Under the pieces are notes generated by a model. It was given only the letters and a program-made list of their open reading frames with translations, was not told where the DNA came from and ran no database searches. 33,099 nucleotides of DNA. Origin: Sphingomonadales bacterium. Lineage in GTDB: Bacteria > Pseudomonadota > Alphaproteobacteria > Sphingomonadales > Sphingomonadaceae. The position numbers were made by a program, and so were the translations under genes. The stretch covers positions 1-33,099 of the forward strand of contig RDXA01000335.1 in the NCBI GenBank assembly GCA_004292705.1, given 5' to 3'. Positions 9,780-18,485 of this stretch are shown in pieces (the stretch's first letter is position 1; each line of letters opens with the position of its first letter).

Positions 9780-9805
9780 GCCCCGTGTCAAGCACGGGGC
9801 GGCGA
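9780..9805. repeat. Short palindrome, probably half of a REP-like extragenic element
   Basis: GCCCCGTG-TCAAG-CACGGGGC perfect 8-bp arms. The TCAAG/CTTGA loop resembles alphaproteobacterial extragenic palindromes (from memory). Confidence 0.5.
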
Positions 9806-9895
9806 AATCAGGGCTTTTGCGAAAGGGAGTGATCCCAGAATGCCCGCGAGTGGCGCATGTCCTTGTCAAGCCGCCGTGCGGATCACCCGCGCCGC

Positions 9896-10120
9896 CTAAC
9901 CCTTGAACTTGCGCTCGGTGCTCGGCGGGAATTTCGCGTGGAGCGCCTTTGCGCGCGTCGGCCGGTCCATCAACTCGCCGCCACAATTGGGGCAGCGGTC
10001 ATCCAGGTCCTCTGCGCATTCGGCGCAGAAGGTGCATTCGAACGAGCAGATGAAGGCACCCGGCGCATCGGCCGGGAGCAGGACTCCGCAGGTTTCGCAA
10101 TCGGGGCGCATGTCGAGCAT
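9896..10120 (-). CDS. DUF1272 family small Cys-rich (probably Zn-binding) protein
   Basis: MLDMRPDCETC...ICSFECTFCAEC...CPNCGGEL..RPTR. Confidence 0.9.
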   Translation of the reverse strand: MLDMRPDCETCGVLLPADAPGAFICSFECTFCAECAEDLDDRCPNCGGELMDRPTRAKALHAKFPPSTERKFKG

Positions 10121-10210
10121 GGCCGGATGCTAGCGCGCGAACCTTGCCGGCAAAAGCCAAAACATGGCCTTCACCGGGCCTTTACCAGTCTGCGCCTATC
10201 CCATCGCCTG

Positions 10211-10579
10211 ATGGAACAGCGCAGATTCAACCTGACGATGGCCACGCTGGTGGGTCTTCTGCTGCTTTCAACCAGCCCGCTTGGCGCCATGCTTGGCCTG
10301 CTTCTCGCTTTTACCGTGGGCCTGTTCGTCGCTCCGATCATGTGGATCATGGCCGAAAGCCTGGGCACCGATCTCGATTCCATCATGCGTCCCGCGTTGA
10401 TCTCGCTCGGGGTGGCCTTCGCTGCCGGTTTGCTGACGGTGACCGGCCTGCTGGTTGCCGCGATCCGCAGGGGCGATGCGCACGCGGCACGGCGTCATAT
10501 CGCCACGCTGGCGGTGATGGCAGCGGTGCCCGCGATCCTTTGGCTTTCGTCCGAGGCGCTGGCCGACGCCTGGCCCTGA
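10211..10579 (+). CDS. Hypothetical membrane protein (122 aa, 3-4 TM)
   Basis: Hydrophobic ORF from ATG 10211 fills the DUF1272-glmM gap. The ORF-track extension to 9857 is antisense to DUF1272. Confidence 0.7.
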   Translation: MEQRRFNLTMATLVGLLLLSTSPLGAMLGLLLAFTVGLFVAPIMWIMAESLGTDLDSIMRPALISLGVAFAAGLLTVTGLLVAAIRRGDAHAARRHIATLAVMAAVPAILWLSSEALADAWP

Positions 10580-10582
10580 GGC

Positions 10583-11923
10583 CTACGCCGCCGCTGTGCG
10601 CACGGCTTCGCAGATCGCGTCGACCACCGCTTCGACCTGCTTCTGGTCGTCGCCCTCGGCCATCACCCGGATTACCGGCTCGGTGCCCGAGGGGCGGATC
10701 ACGAGGCGGCCCCGGCCTGCAAGCGCTGCCTCGGCCTCGGCGATCACGGCCTTCACCGCTGGATTGTCGAGCGGCTGGCCGCCCTCGTAGCGCACATTCT
10801 TGAGCAGCTGCGGCACGGGATCGAACACGTGCAGCAATTCGCTTGCCGGTTTGCCTGACCGGACGAGGCTTGCCAGAACCCGCAGCGCAGCCACCGTGCC
10901 ATCGCCCGTGGTGGCATGATCGAGCAGGATCATGTGCCCTGATTGCTCGCCGCCGACATTGAAGCCCCCCGCCTTCATCGCCTCGAGCACATAGCGATCG
11001 CCGACCTTGGTGCGCTCAAGCGTCAGGCCCCGGCCGGCAAGATAGCGTTCGAGTCCGAGATTGCTCATCACCGTCGCCACGATCCCGCCGCCACGCAGCG
11101 CGCCCTTGTCCTGCATCCGCCCGGCGATCAGCGCCATGATCTGGTCGCCATCGACTGCGCGGCCCTTTTCGTCGACCACGATCAACCGGTCGGCATCGCC
11201 ATCAAGCGCGACGCCGATATCCGCGCCTTCTTCAACCACCTTGGCTTGCAGCGCGGCTATCGCGGTCGACCCGACGCCGTCATTGATGTTGGTGCCATTG
11301 GGCGCAACGCCGAGCGTCACCACCTCAGCCCCCAATTCCCAGATCGCGCTCGGGGCCACCTGATAGGCCGCGCCGTTGGCGCAATCGACCACCACCTTGA
11401 GCCCATCGAAGCGGATGTCCGAAGCAACCGATTGCTTGACCGCGTGGATATAGCGCCCGCGCGCATCCTCGATCCGCCGGGCGCGGCCGATATTCTCTGC
11501 CGGCGCAAGCGGGATGTCGGTTCCCATCAATCGCTCGATCTCGGCCTCGGCCTCGTCGGACAGCTTGAAGCCATCGGGGCCGAACAGCTTGATCCCGTTA
11601 TCGGCGAACAGATTGTGGCTGGCCGAGATCATCACGCCAAGGTCCGCCCGCATCTCGCGGGTGAGCAGGGCAATCGCCGGGGTGGGCAGCGGTCCCGTCA
11701 TGATCACGTCGATCCCGACGCTGGTGAAGCCCGCCACCAGCGCGCTTTCCATCATGTAGCCCGACAGGCGCGTGTCCTTGCCGATCACCACGCGGTGCCG
11801 GTGCCCGCCCCGAACGAAATGGCGGCCCGCTGCCTGCCCCACCTTCATCGCGGTGGCGGCGGTCATCGCGCCAGAATTGGTTCGGCCCCTGATCCCATCG
11901 GTTCCAAACAGCTTCCTCGTCAT
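10583..11923 (-). CDS. glmM: Phosphoglucosamine mutase
   Basis: [28 protein letters not shown] phosphoserine loop, DGDADR, GGEQSGH and RPSGTEP. Confidence 0.97.
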   Translation of the reverse strand: MTRKLFGTDGIRGRTNSGAMTAATAMKVGQAAGRHFVRGGHRHRVVIGKDTRLSGYMMESALVAGFTSVGIDVIMTGPLPTPAIALLTREMRADLGVMISASHNLFADNGIKLFGPDGFKLSDEAEAEIERLMGTDIPLAPAENIGRARRIEDARGRYIHAVKQSVASDIRFDGLKVVVDCANGAAYQVAPSAIWELGAEVVTLGVAPNGTNINDGVGSTAIAALQAKVVEEGADIGVALDGDADRLIVVDEKGRAVDGDQIMALIAGRMQDKGALRGGGIVATVMSNLGLERYLAGRGLTLERTKVGDRYVLEAMKAGGFNVGGEQSGHMILLDHATTGDGTVAALRVLASLVRSGKPASELLHVFDPVPQLLKNVRYEGGQPLDNPAVKAVIAEAEAALAGRGRLVIRPSGTEPVIRVMAEGDDQKQVEAVVDAICEAVRTAAA

Positions 11924-12019
11924 CAATTCCCGCCCTGTCATGCTGGCCGTGTTGTCTCGCGCTTCTGGCGCGGTTATCGCGCAAAGGGAAGGGCACTGCG
12001 CCCTCATAAGGACAGGCCA

Positions 12020-13315
12020 TTGCTGGAAAGTGAAAACACGGCGGCCGGAGCAGAGGGCACCGGTCAGGGAAAGTTTGCGCTGGTGTCGATCCGCCTGCCG
12101 GTGGCCTTGACCTTTGCGGCGCTGGTCGGCGGGTTGCTGGCCGGGATCGCCGGGGCAGCCTCGGGCGCGCCCCAGATGGTGAGCGATATCGCCGGGCTGA
12201 TCGGCGGGCTGTGGCTGCGCGCCTTGCAGATGACGATCATCCCGCTGGTTGCGGCGCTGCTGGTGCTGGGTCTGGTCCAGATGATCCTCGCCGCGCGGGT
12301 CGGCACCGTGGCACGGCGGATGATCGCGCTGATGGTGTTCGTGCAGCTGTCGGGCGCAGCCTTCGCCTCGGTGTTCATGCCGATGCTGCTGCGCGCTGTC
12401 CCGGTGCCCGAGGGCGCGAGCGCCTTCCTCGCGCAGACGCCTTCCGATGTGGGCGAGGTGCCCAAGGTGCTCGATTTCCTCGCATCGCTGGTATCGCCCA
12501 ACATCATCGCCGCCGCCGCCGAAACCGCGATGCTGCCGCTGACACTGTTCTTCGTGATGTTCGCGGTCGCGATCACCCGCCTGCCGGAGGATCAGGGCGA
12601 GCGGCTGCTGGGGTTCTTCCATGCGCTCGGCAATGCGATGCTTCTGATCATCGGCTGGGTGCTTAGCGCCGCTCCGGTCGGCGTCTTCGCGCTGGCTTAC
12701 GGCGTCGGCGTGCAGAGCGGGGGTGGCGCCTTCGCCGCGCTCGGACATTACGTGCTCACCGTAACCGCGATGGGCACGTTCGTCTTCATGCTCGCCTATG
12801 CCATCGCCATCGGCCTGGGCCGCACCGGCGTGCGCTTTGCCGGCGCGGTGCTCCCCGCCCAGGCGGTGGCGCTGTCCACGCAAAGCTCGCTCGCCAGCCT
12901 TCCCGCCATGCTCGACAGCGCTGGGCGACTCGGCCTCAGGGCTTCGACCGCCGAATTCGTGCTGCCGCTGGCGGTGGTGATCTTCCGCGCGACCAGCGCC
13001 GCGATGAATCTCGCGGTGGTCTATTACATCGCCGCGCTGGCGGGCGTGGACGTTTCGCCCACAGTCGCCATCGCGGGCATCCTGATTGCCAGCATCATCA
13101 GCCTTTCCGCCGTGAGCCTGCCCGGATCGATCAGCTTCGTCGTTTCGATCGGCCCGATTGCGCTCGCCATGGGCGTGCCGGTCGAGCCGCTGGCGTTGCT
13201 GGTCGCGGTCGAGATGCTGCCTGACCTGATGCGCACCTTGGGCAATGTCACCATGAACGTCGCTGTCACAAGCGCAGTTGACCGCGCCGCGCGGGGTAGT
13301 AACGCGGCGACTTGA
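12020..13315 (+). CDS. Dicarboxylate/amino acid:cation symporter (DAACS/SDF family)
   Basis: [43 protein letters not shown] and [12 protein letters not shown] start at 12020 after AAGGAC (start approximate). Confidence 0.9.
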   Translation: MLESENTAAGAEGTGQGKFALVSIRLPVALTFAALVGGLLAGIAGAASGAPQMVSDIAGLIGGLWLRALQMTIIPLVAALLVLGLVQMILAARVGTVARRMIALMVFVQLSGAAFASVFMPMLLRAVPVPEGASAFLAQTPSDVGEVPKVLDFLASLVSPNIIAAAAETAMLPLTLFFVMFAVAITRLPEDQGERLLGFFHALGNAMLLIIGWVLSAAPVGVFALAYGVGVQSGGGAFAALGHYVLTVTAMGTFVFMLAYAIAIGLGRTGVRFAGAVLPAQAVALSTQSSLASLPAMLDSAGRLGLRASTAEFVLPLAVVIFRATSAAMNLAVVYYIAALAGVDVSPTVAIAGILIASIISLSAVSLPGSISFVVSIGPIALAMGVPVEPLALLVAVEMLPDLMRTLGNVTMNVAVTSAVDRAARGSNAAT

Positions 13316-13319
13316 AGCT

Positions 13320-13344
13320 GCAACCCTTCGTCCACATGTGCGTT
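13320..13344 (+). promoter_or_regulatory. Candidate EcfG-dependent promoter for sodB
   Basis: GCAAC-N16-CGTT, one mismatch to GGAAC-N16-CGTT, ending 41 nt before the ATG. Confidence 0.55.
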
Positions 13345-13385
13345 ACCGCTGCATACGAAATTCAACCCAGCCTCTGGAGGACACC

Positions 13386-13994
13386 ATGGCTTTCGCACTT
13401 TCCCCGCTGCCCTATGCCGACACCGCACTCGAACCGGCGATCTCGGCCGAGACTCTGTCGTTCCACCATGGCAAGCACCACCAGACCTATGTCGACAAGA
13501 TGAACGCCGCGATTGACGGGACGCCCCACGCGGATGCCTCGCTCGAAGCGATCATCGCCGCCTCGCGCGGCACCAATCAGGGGCTGTTCAACAATTCGGC
13601 CCAGACCTGGAACCACGCCTTCTACTGGCACTCGATGGCGCCTGCGACCACCGAAGCCTCGCCCGAGCTGCTCGCCGGGATCGAAGCGGCTTTCGGCTCG
13701 GTCGACGAGCTGAAGCAGAAGCTCAAGGATCGCGGCGTTGGCCACTTCGCATCGGGCTGGGTGTGGCTGGCCGAGAAGGACGGCAAGCTGAGCATCGAGG
13801 AAACCCACGATGCCGATACGCTGGCCGACAGCGGCTTCAACCCGCTGCTGGTGCTCGACGTGTGGGAGCACGCCTATTACCTCGACCACCAGAACAAGCG
13901 CCCGGCCTATTTGGACGCGGTGGTCGAAAACAAGCTCAACTGGGCGTTTGCGAGCGAAAACCTCGCGCGCGGGACGGTGTGGACTTACGCCTGA
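13386..13994 (+). CDS. sodB: Superoxide dismutase, Fe-type
   Basis: HHGKHH, FNNSAQTWNH (AQ is the Fe-type signature) and DVWEHAYY. GGAGG RBS before ATG 13386. Confidence 0.93.
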   Translation: MAFALSPLPYADTALEPAISAETLSFHHGKHHQTYVDKMNAAIDGTPHADASLEAIIAASRGTNQGLFNNSAQTWNHAFYWHSMAPATTEASPELLAGIEAAFGSVDELKQKLKDRGVGHFASGWVWLAEKDGKLSIEETHDADTLADSGFNPLLVLDVWEHAYYLDHQNKRPAYLDAVVENKLNWAFASENLARGTVWTYA

Positions 13995-14017
13995 TTTCTT
14001 CGGGTTTCGGAATGAGG

Positions 14018-14053
14018 AAGGCCCGTCGCAGCGATGCGGCGGGCCTTTGATTT
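14018..14053 (+). terminator. Intrinsic terminator of sodB
   Basis: AAGGCCCGTCGCA-GCGA-TGCGGCGGGCCTT followed by TGATTT. Confidence 0.8.
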
Positions 14054-14124
14054 ACCCCTTGTAAATCAGGCTCGGCTTATCGGTACGCAAATTTCGTCGC
14101 AGAATTCTAGCGGAGCAAGATTGC

Positions 14125-14511
14125 ATGGCCTTCACGATAACCCACTCGCTCCTCCGCGAGATAGTTGGCCAAGCCCAAGCCGTCGAGGCCGATATCTTGC
14201 GCTTCTTTGAGCCGCATGAGGTTGACGGCATGGGAGAAGATGCGTTTCTTTCAGCGGGGCAAAAGCTTGATCTAACCCTACGCCAACGGCTTACAGACAC
14301 GCTTTCCGGTCTTGACGATGTGATGCTGGCAGAGGTCGCTGCAATCTCTTTGGCAGGGGATGGCTCTTATGCACCCGACGAGATCGCTGAGCTGGTTGGC
14401 AGTCTTCTGGAAAGAACGGACCGAAACGAGCGAATGAGAATGCTCACGAATGAGCCGCTCATTGGTTCGATGTTGGCCAATGGCATGAGCGCTCTTGGTC
14501 TTGACGCTTGA
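14125..14511 (+). CDS. Hypothetical protein, divergent DUF3775-like
   Basis: GGAG RBS. The C-terminal pattern GLDD..LAEVAAI..AG.GSY...E...EPLIGSMLANGMSALG resembles DUF3775. Many A/T-ending codons. Confidence 0.6.
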   Translation: MAFTITHSLLREIVGQAQAVEADILRFFEPHEVDGMGEDAFLSAGQKLDLTLRQRLTDTLSGLDDVMLAEVAAISLAGDGSYAPDEIAELVGSLLERTDRNERMRMLTNEPLIGSMLANGMSALGLDA

Positions 14512-14575
14512 TCGGGCGTGATGGGACTCATGGCCGGAATCATATTGCCAATCGCCCCGCACAACCAAAATCTCG

Positions 14576-15208
14576 TCAGCCCCGCGAACTGACCCCGTTG
14601 CCGGCCGCGACCATGTCGAGTTCTTCAAGGATCGCGCGGTGGGCGATGTCATCATCGCTCGACCGGCGCGGGATGTTGCCGCTGGCGAGCATTTCGGTCA
14701 GCGCGGCGCGCGCGCGGCCCACGCGGCTTTTGATCGTCCCGACCGCGCAGCCGCAGATCGCCGCAGCCTCCTCGTAGGAAAAGCCGCCCGCACCCACCAG
14801 CAGCAGCGCCTCGCGCCGCTCCGCCGGCAGGGTCAGCAGCGCACGGTGAAGGTCGCTGAGGTGGATCGGTTCCTCCTGTCCGGCAGGCGCAGTCAGGATG
14901 CGTTCGGCCACGCCTTCATCATACTCGCCGCGAAACCGGTTGCGGCGCATGTCGGTGAGGTAGGCATTGCGCAAGATCACAAAGGTCCATGCGCGCATCG
15001 ACGTGCCGGGCTCGAACCGGTCCTGCGCCGCCCATGCCTTCAGCAGCGTCTCCTGCACCAGATCATCGGCCATGTCGGGCCGGCCGCAAAGCCCGCGGGC
15101 AAAGGCACGCAGGTGCGGGACCACTTCGGTCAACTCGCGCTTGAAATCCAGCTTGTCGCTGGCCGATAGCGTTCCGCCGGGTTCTCCCGCCGCTGTCCCG
15201 CCACTCAT
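14576..15208 (-). CDS. ecfG: General stress response ECF sigma factor (EcfG/SigT/RpoE2)
   Basis: PHLRAFARGL, ADDLVQETLLKAW, FEPGTSMRAWTFVILRN and GTIKSRVGRAR. ATGA-coupled to nepR. Confidence 0.95.
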   Translation of the reverse strand: MSGGTAAGEPGGTLSASDKLDFKRELTEVVPHLRAFARGLCGRPDMADDLVQETLLKAWAAQDRFEPGTSMRAWTFVILRNAYLTDMRRNRFRGEYDEGVAERILTAPAGQEEPIHLSDLHRALLTLPAERREALLLVGAGGFSYEEAAAICGCAVGTIKSRVGRARAALTEMLASGNIPRRSSDDDIAHRAILEELDMVAAGNGVSSRG

Positions 15209-15429
15209 TGCCTGGTGTCCCGGCCATCGCGCGATGCGCCAGCGCCGCCGCTTGTGCCGCGGGCAGGATCGATCGCGTCGAGCCGGTCGAGCAGATCCTT
15301 GAAACTGTCGGGGAGCGCCTCCTCGACCACCGAATCATAGAGCTGTTTCAGCCCATCGGCCCATTCGGGCGGACGCCGACCGGCGTCATCGCCGCCTCCG
15401 CTGCCACCCTGTCTGTGATTCGAGGCCAT
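15205..15429 (-). CDS. nepR: Anti-sigma factor NepR
   Basis: Core GLKQLYDSVVEEALPDSFKDLLDRLD, immediately upstream of ecfG. Confidence 0.92.
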   Translation of the reverse strand: MASNHRQGGSGGGDDAGRRPPEWADGLKQLYDSVVEEALPDSFKDLLDRLDAIDPARGTSGGAGASRDGRDTRQ

Positions 15430-15557
15430 TGCTCGCTAGGTCCCTGATCCCGTTGTCCCGGCCTCCCATCGAGGCCGATGCCGCTCCTGCAGGGGCTGCG
15501 GCGCACTTGCTTGCGCACGCCGACAACACCGCCGCCGAGCCGAGTTTGGACGATTCG

Positions 15558-15584
15558 GGAACGATGCGCTACCTGTTTGGTTCC
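15558..15584. promoter_or_regulatory. EcfG promoter for nepR-ecfG (- strand), overlapped by a possible + strand EcfG promoter
   Basis: - strand: GGAAC(15584-15580)-N16-CGTT(15563-15560). + strand: GGAAC(15558-15562)-N16-GGTT(15579-15582). Confidence 0.8.
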
Positions 15585-15629
15585 GCCTCGGCCCGCAGCA
15601 TCCTGCTTTGGGTCGCGGCACCGACAGGA

Positions 15630-17384
15630 TTGCGCATTATCGACCCGCTCGCTCTCAGCCCCTATGTCGATCCAGCAACTTCCCCGCCGCCGACTTCGTC
15701 GGGGCGCGCGCGGCGCTGGCTGGTGCTCTATCCGCGGGCGGTTCCGCTGGTGATTTTCCTCGCGCTTACCGCGATCACGGCCCTCAGTGTCTTTGCGATC
15801 GAAAGCAACGCGCGTGCCCGTGAAGGCGCTGTCATGCGCGAATATGCGCAAAGCGTTGCGGCAGCGCTGGACCGCAGCGGCAGCGGCTTCACCTCCTATC
15901 TCAGGGCGGGGGCCGCACTGTTCGCCAGTGTCGAGGAGGTGAACCCTGAGACCTTCGACAGCTTCGTGCGCGCCCTTAAGCTCAACACCGAATATTCGGG
16001 TGCGGAGGGGATTGGATGGATTCCGGTGATCGAAGCGCGCGATCTGGGCAGCTTTCTCGCACAGACGCGCGCCCGCCAGCCAGCCTATCCCGATATCTTT
16101 CCCAAGCCCGCCAGCACCACCAGCCGTGTGGCGCCGGTGGCGATGTTTGCCCCCGAGACCGCGCTCAACCGCCGCGCGCTCGGCTATGACATGTATTCCG
16201 ATGCGGCACGCGCAGCGGCCATGGCCGAGGCGGAATTGACGCTGCGCCCGGCGGCCTCGGGCCGGATCGTGCTGCGACAGGAAACCAGCGGCACCGCGCC
16301 CGCCTTTGCCATCTACATGCCGGTGTTCCGCATGAGCGGGACGGGGGACGGCTCCGACGAGCGGCGGCTGGCCGGTTTCGTCTACACGCCGTTCCGCGCG
16401 CGTGAGTTCCTTGACGCGGCGATCGACCGGCAGGGGCAAGGTCGCTTCGGCGTGCGGCTGTACGATGGCGAGGTTTCGACCGGGCACCTGCTGGTCGCGG
16501 ACAGCATCGCCGATTCCGCCAAGCAAACGGTGCAGCAGGAAGTCACCATTGCCGACCGCAAGCTGATGCTGGTGATCGAAAGCGCCAATGTGCAGGTGCT
16601 TTCCCCGCTGTCGATGGTGACCCTGATCTTCGGCCTCGCGCTGGCAAGTCTGCTCATGCTGCTCGCCCGGCTGCTCACCCAGCAGGCCTTCGAGGATCAG
16701 GAGCGGCTCGCATTCTTCGAGGAACAGCACTCGATCCGCAATTCGCTGACCCGCGAGCTCAATCACAGGGTCAAGAACACGCTGGCGAACGTGCTGTCGA
16801 TCCTCTCGCTGACCCGCCGCCGGGCGAGCGGGCTGGATGACTTCGCCGACAGTCTGGAAGGCCGCATCCGCGCGCTTTCGGCGACGCATGACCTGCTCAC
16901 CGTGACCGACTGGGGCACGACCCCGATCCGCGCGGTGATCGAGGCAGAATTGCAGCACTTCCGTGTGGCGCTGGGCGACGCGATCCTGCTGGAAGGGCCG
17001 GAGCTGGAACTCGCCCCCAACGATGCGCTGTCCTTTGGCCTTGCGGTGCATGAACTTGCGACCAATGCCGCCAAATATGGCGCGCTCAGCGTGGCGGGCG
17101 GCAAGGTCATGATCCGCTGGCAGCGCGGGGAAGACCAGACCGGGGAGACCGGCTGGGCCGAGGTTGAATGGCAGGAAGTCGGCGGACCGCCGGTAGCGAG
17201 CGAGCGCCGCCGGGGCTTCGGCACCGAGCTGATCGAGAAGGTCGTGGCGCACGAGTTGCGCCAGCCGGTCACACTCGATTTCGCGCCCACCGGAGTCCGC
17301 TGCGTGCTTCGGGTGCCGGTGCGCCGCCCGGCCGATTTCCGGATCCGCGAAAAGGAAAGCGAGCGGCGGGTGCTGAAGCCCTAG
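15630..17384 (+). CDS. CHASE-domain membrane sensor HWE histidine kinase/phosphatase (start uncertain: 15564 ATG or 15630 TTG)
   Basis: TM, CHASE-like region (NRRALGYDMYSD, GFVYTPFR), TM, ELNHRVKNTLA H-box, HELATNAAKYGALS, WQEVGGP and GFGTELI. Confidence 0.9.
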   Translation: MRIIDPLALSPYVDPATSPPPTSSGRARRWLVLYPRAVPLVIFLALTAITALSVFAIESNARAREGAVMREYAQSVAAALDRSGSGFTSYLRAGAALFASVEEVNPETFDSFVRALKLNTEYSGAEGIGWIPVIEARDLGSFLAQTRARQPAYPDIFPKPASTTSRVAPVAMFAPETALNRRALGYDMYSDAARAAAMAEAELTLRPAASGRIVLRQETSGTAPAFAIYMPVFRMSGTGDGSDERRLAGFVYTPFRAREFLDAAIDRQGQGRFGVRLYDGEVSTGHLLVADSIADSAKQTVQQEVTIADRKLMLVIESANVQVLSPLSMVTLIFGLALASLLMLLARLLTQQAFEDQERLAFFEEQHSIRNSLTRELNHRVKNTLANVLSILSLTRRRASGLDDFADSLEGRIRALSATHDLLTVTDWGTTPIRAVIEAELQHFRVALGDAILLEGPELELAPNDALSFGLAVHELATNAAKYGALSVAGGKVMIRWQRGEDQTGETGWAEVEWQEVGGPPVASERRRGFGTELIEKVVAHELRQPVTLDFAPTGVRCVLRVPVRRPADFRIREKESERRVLKP

Positions 17385-17403
17385 GGTTCCCGATCCACCA
17401 CAT

Positions 17404-17496
17404 CCGTTCGTCCTGAACTTGTCGAAGGGCCGCACTTTCGCCCGCAACGCAGCCAGAAGTGGAGGGACAGTCCTTCGTCAAGCTCAGGACGAACGG
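17404..17496. repeat. REP-like extragenic palindromic element
   Basis: Arms CCGTTCGTCCTGAACTTGTCGAAGGG (17404-17429) and TCCTTCGTCAAGCTCAGGACGAACGG (17471-17496) are near-perfect inverted repeats between convergent genes. Confidence 0.8.
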
Positions 17497-17505
17497 GGAT
17501 TGTGC

Positions 17506-18297
17506 TTAACCCAAAGGCTTTGTCGATCCGAAGAACAGAGCCTGACTGATCGCAGCGCGCACGGTCGCCTCCTGAAAGGGTTTGGTGACGAGATAGGTCG
17601 GCTCGGGCCGGTCACCGGTCAGCAGGCGTTCGGGATAGGCGGTGATGAAGATCACCGGCATCGTGCCAACGCTCAGGATATCGTCGACCGCGTCCAGCCC
17701 GGATGACCCGTCGGCGAGCTGGATGTCGGCCAGCACCAGCCCCGGCATCGCTTCGGCCACTGCCGCGCGCGCCTGTGTGCGGGTCGCCGCGGTGCCGCTG
17801 ACCGCATGGCCGAGGCCGGTGACGAGGTCTTCCAGCTGCATCGCGATCAGCGGCTCGTCCTCGATGATCAACACCGAGGTGGTCTGCTCGCGCTCGATCT
17901 CGGCGACGGCTTCGGCAACGAGGGCTGCGACCTCCTCGGCGCTACGCCCCAGGATGGCAGCGGCTTCGGCCGTCGTGAAATCCTCAAGGGTGGTCAGCAG
18001 CAGCGCCTGACGGGCCGGCGGCGTGATCGCACCAAGCCGGACCTGCGCACCGGCTTCATGCTCGCTGGTGGCCGACCCGGTGGCTGCCGGACCGGAGGCG
18101 CTCGCCCAGATTTTGCTAAAAGCGCGGTAGAGCGGCACCCGCCCACCCGCCAGCGAGGCTGCGAGTGCCTCGTCAGCCAGCACCGCTTCGAGCATCTCGC
18201 GGACAAAGGCATCGCCGCTCGCCTGCGATCCGGTGAGCGCGCGGGCATAGCGGCGCAGGAAAGGCAGGTTGGCCGCAATCTGGCTTCCGAGAGACAT
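17506..18297 (-). CDS. phyR: Anti-anti-sigma response regulator PhyR
   Basis: N-terminal sigma-like domain (LPFLRRYARALTGSQ) plus C-terminal receiver (IIEDEPLIA, LADIQLADGSSG, FITAYPERLLTG, KPF). Confidence 0.96.
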   Translation of the reverse strand: MSLGSQIAANLPFLRRYARALTGSQASGDAFVREMLEAVLADEALAASLAGGRVPLYRAFSKIWASASGPAATGSATSEHEAGAQVRLGAITPPARQALLLTTLEDFTTAEAAAILGRSAEEVAALVAEAVAEIEREQTTSVLIIEDEPLIAMQLEDLVTGLGHAVSGTAATRTQARAAVAEAMPGLVLADIQLADGSSGLDAVDDILSVGTMPVIFITAYPERLLTGDRPEPTYLVTKPFQEATVRAAISQALFFGSTKPLG

Positions 18298-18337
18298 GAA
18301 TCACCTTTCGCTGGTCTGGATAAACACCCGGATATGC

Positions 18338-18363
18338 AATCGCCGAGGGGCCATAGCGGTTCC
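18338..18363 (-). promoter_or_regulatory. Candidate EcfG promoter of phyR
   Basis: GGAAC(18363-18359)-N17-GATT(18341-18338), 40 nt before the phyR ATG. Confidence 0.6.
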
Positions 18364-18454
18364 CCAGCCCGACGTCGCCTCTATCCGACAGAGATATGAA
18401 AAAATTGATTTTTTCTTCCGGTTTCCGTAAGGGCAAAAAAATTTTCAGGGGCCG

Positions 18455-18479
18455 GGAACCGCGCGCAAAGCCAATCATT
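18455..18479 (+). promoter_or_regulatory. EcfG promoter driving a small RNA
   Basis: GGAAC-N16-CATT preceded by A/T tracts, with no ORF before the next terminator. Confidence 0.7.
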
Positions 18480-18485
18480 ATCTCC

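Noticed and set aside
9740-9895. TPP riboswitch upstream of thiD
   Set aside because: No CTGAGA or AACCTGA core on the - strand.
10583-13315. 766-aa and 790-aa ORFs suggesting GlmM or symporter fusions
   Set aside because: Each extension is the antisense shadow of the other gene. The real proteins start at about 11923 (-) and 12020 (+).
15348-17447. 699-aa - strand ORF
   Set aside because: Antisense shadow of the HWE kinase with no motifs; typical of high-GC DNA.
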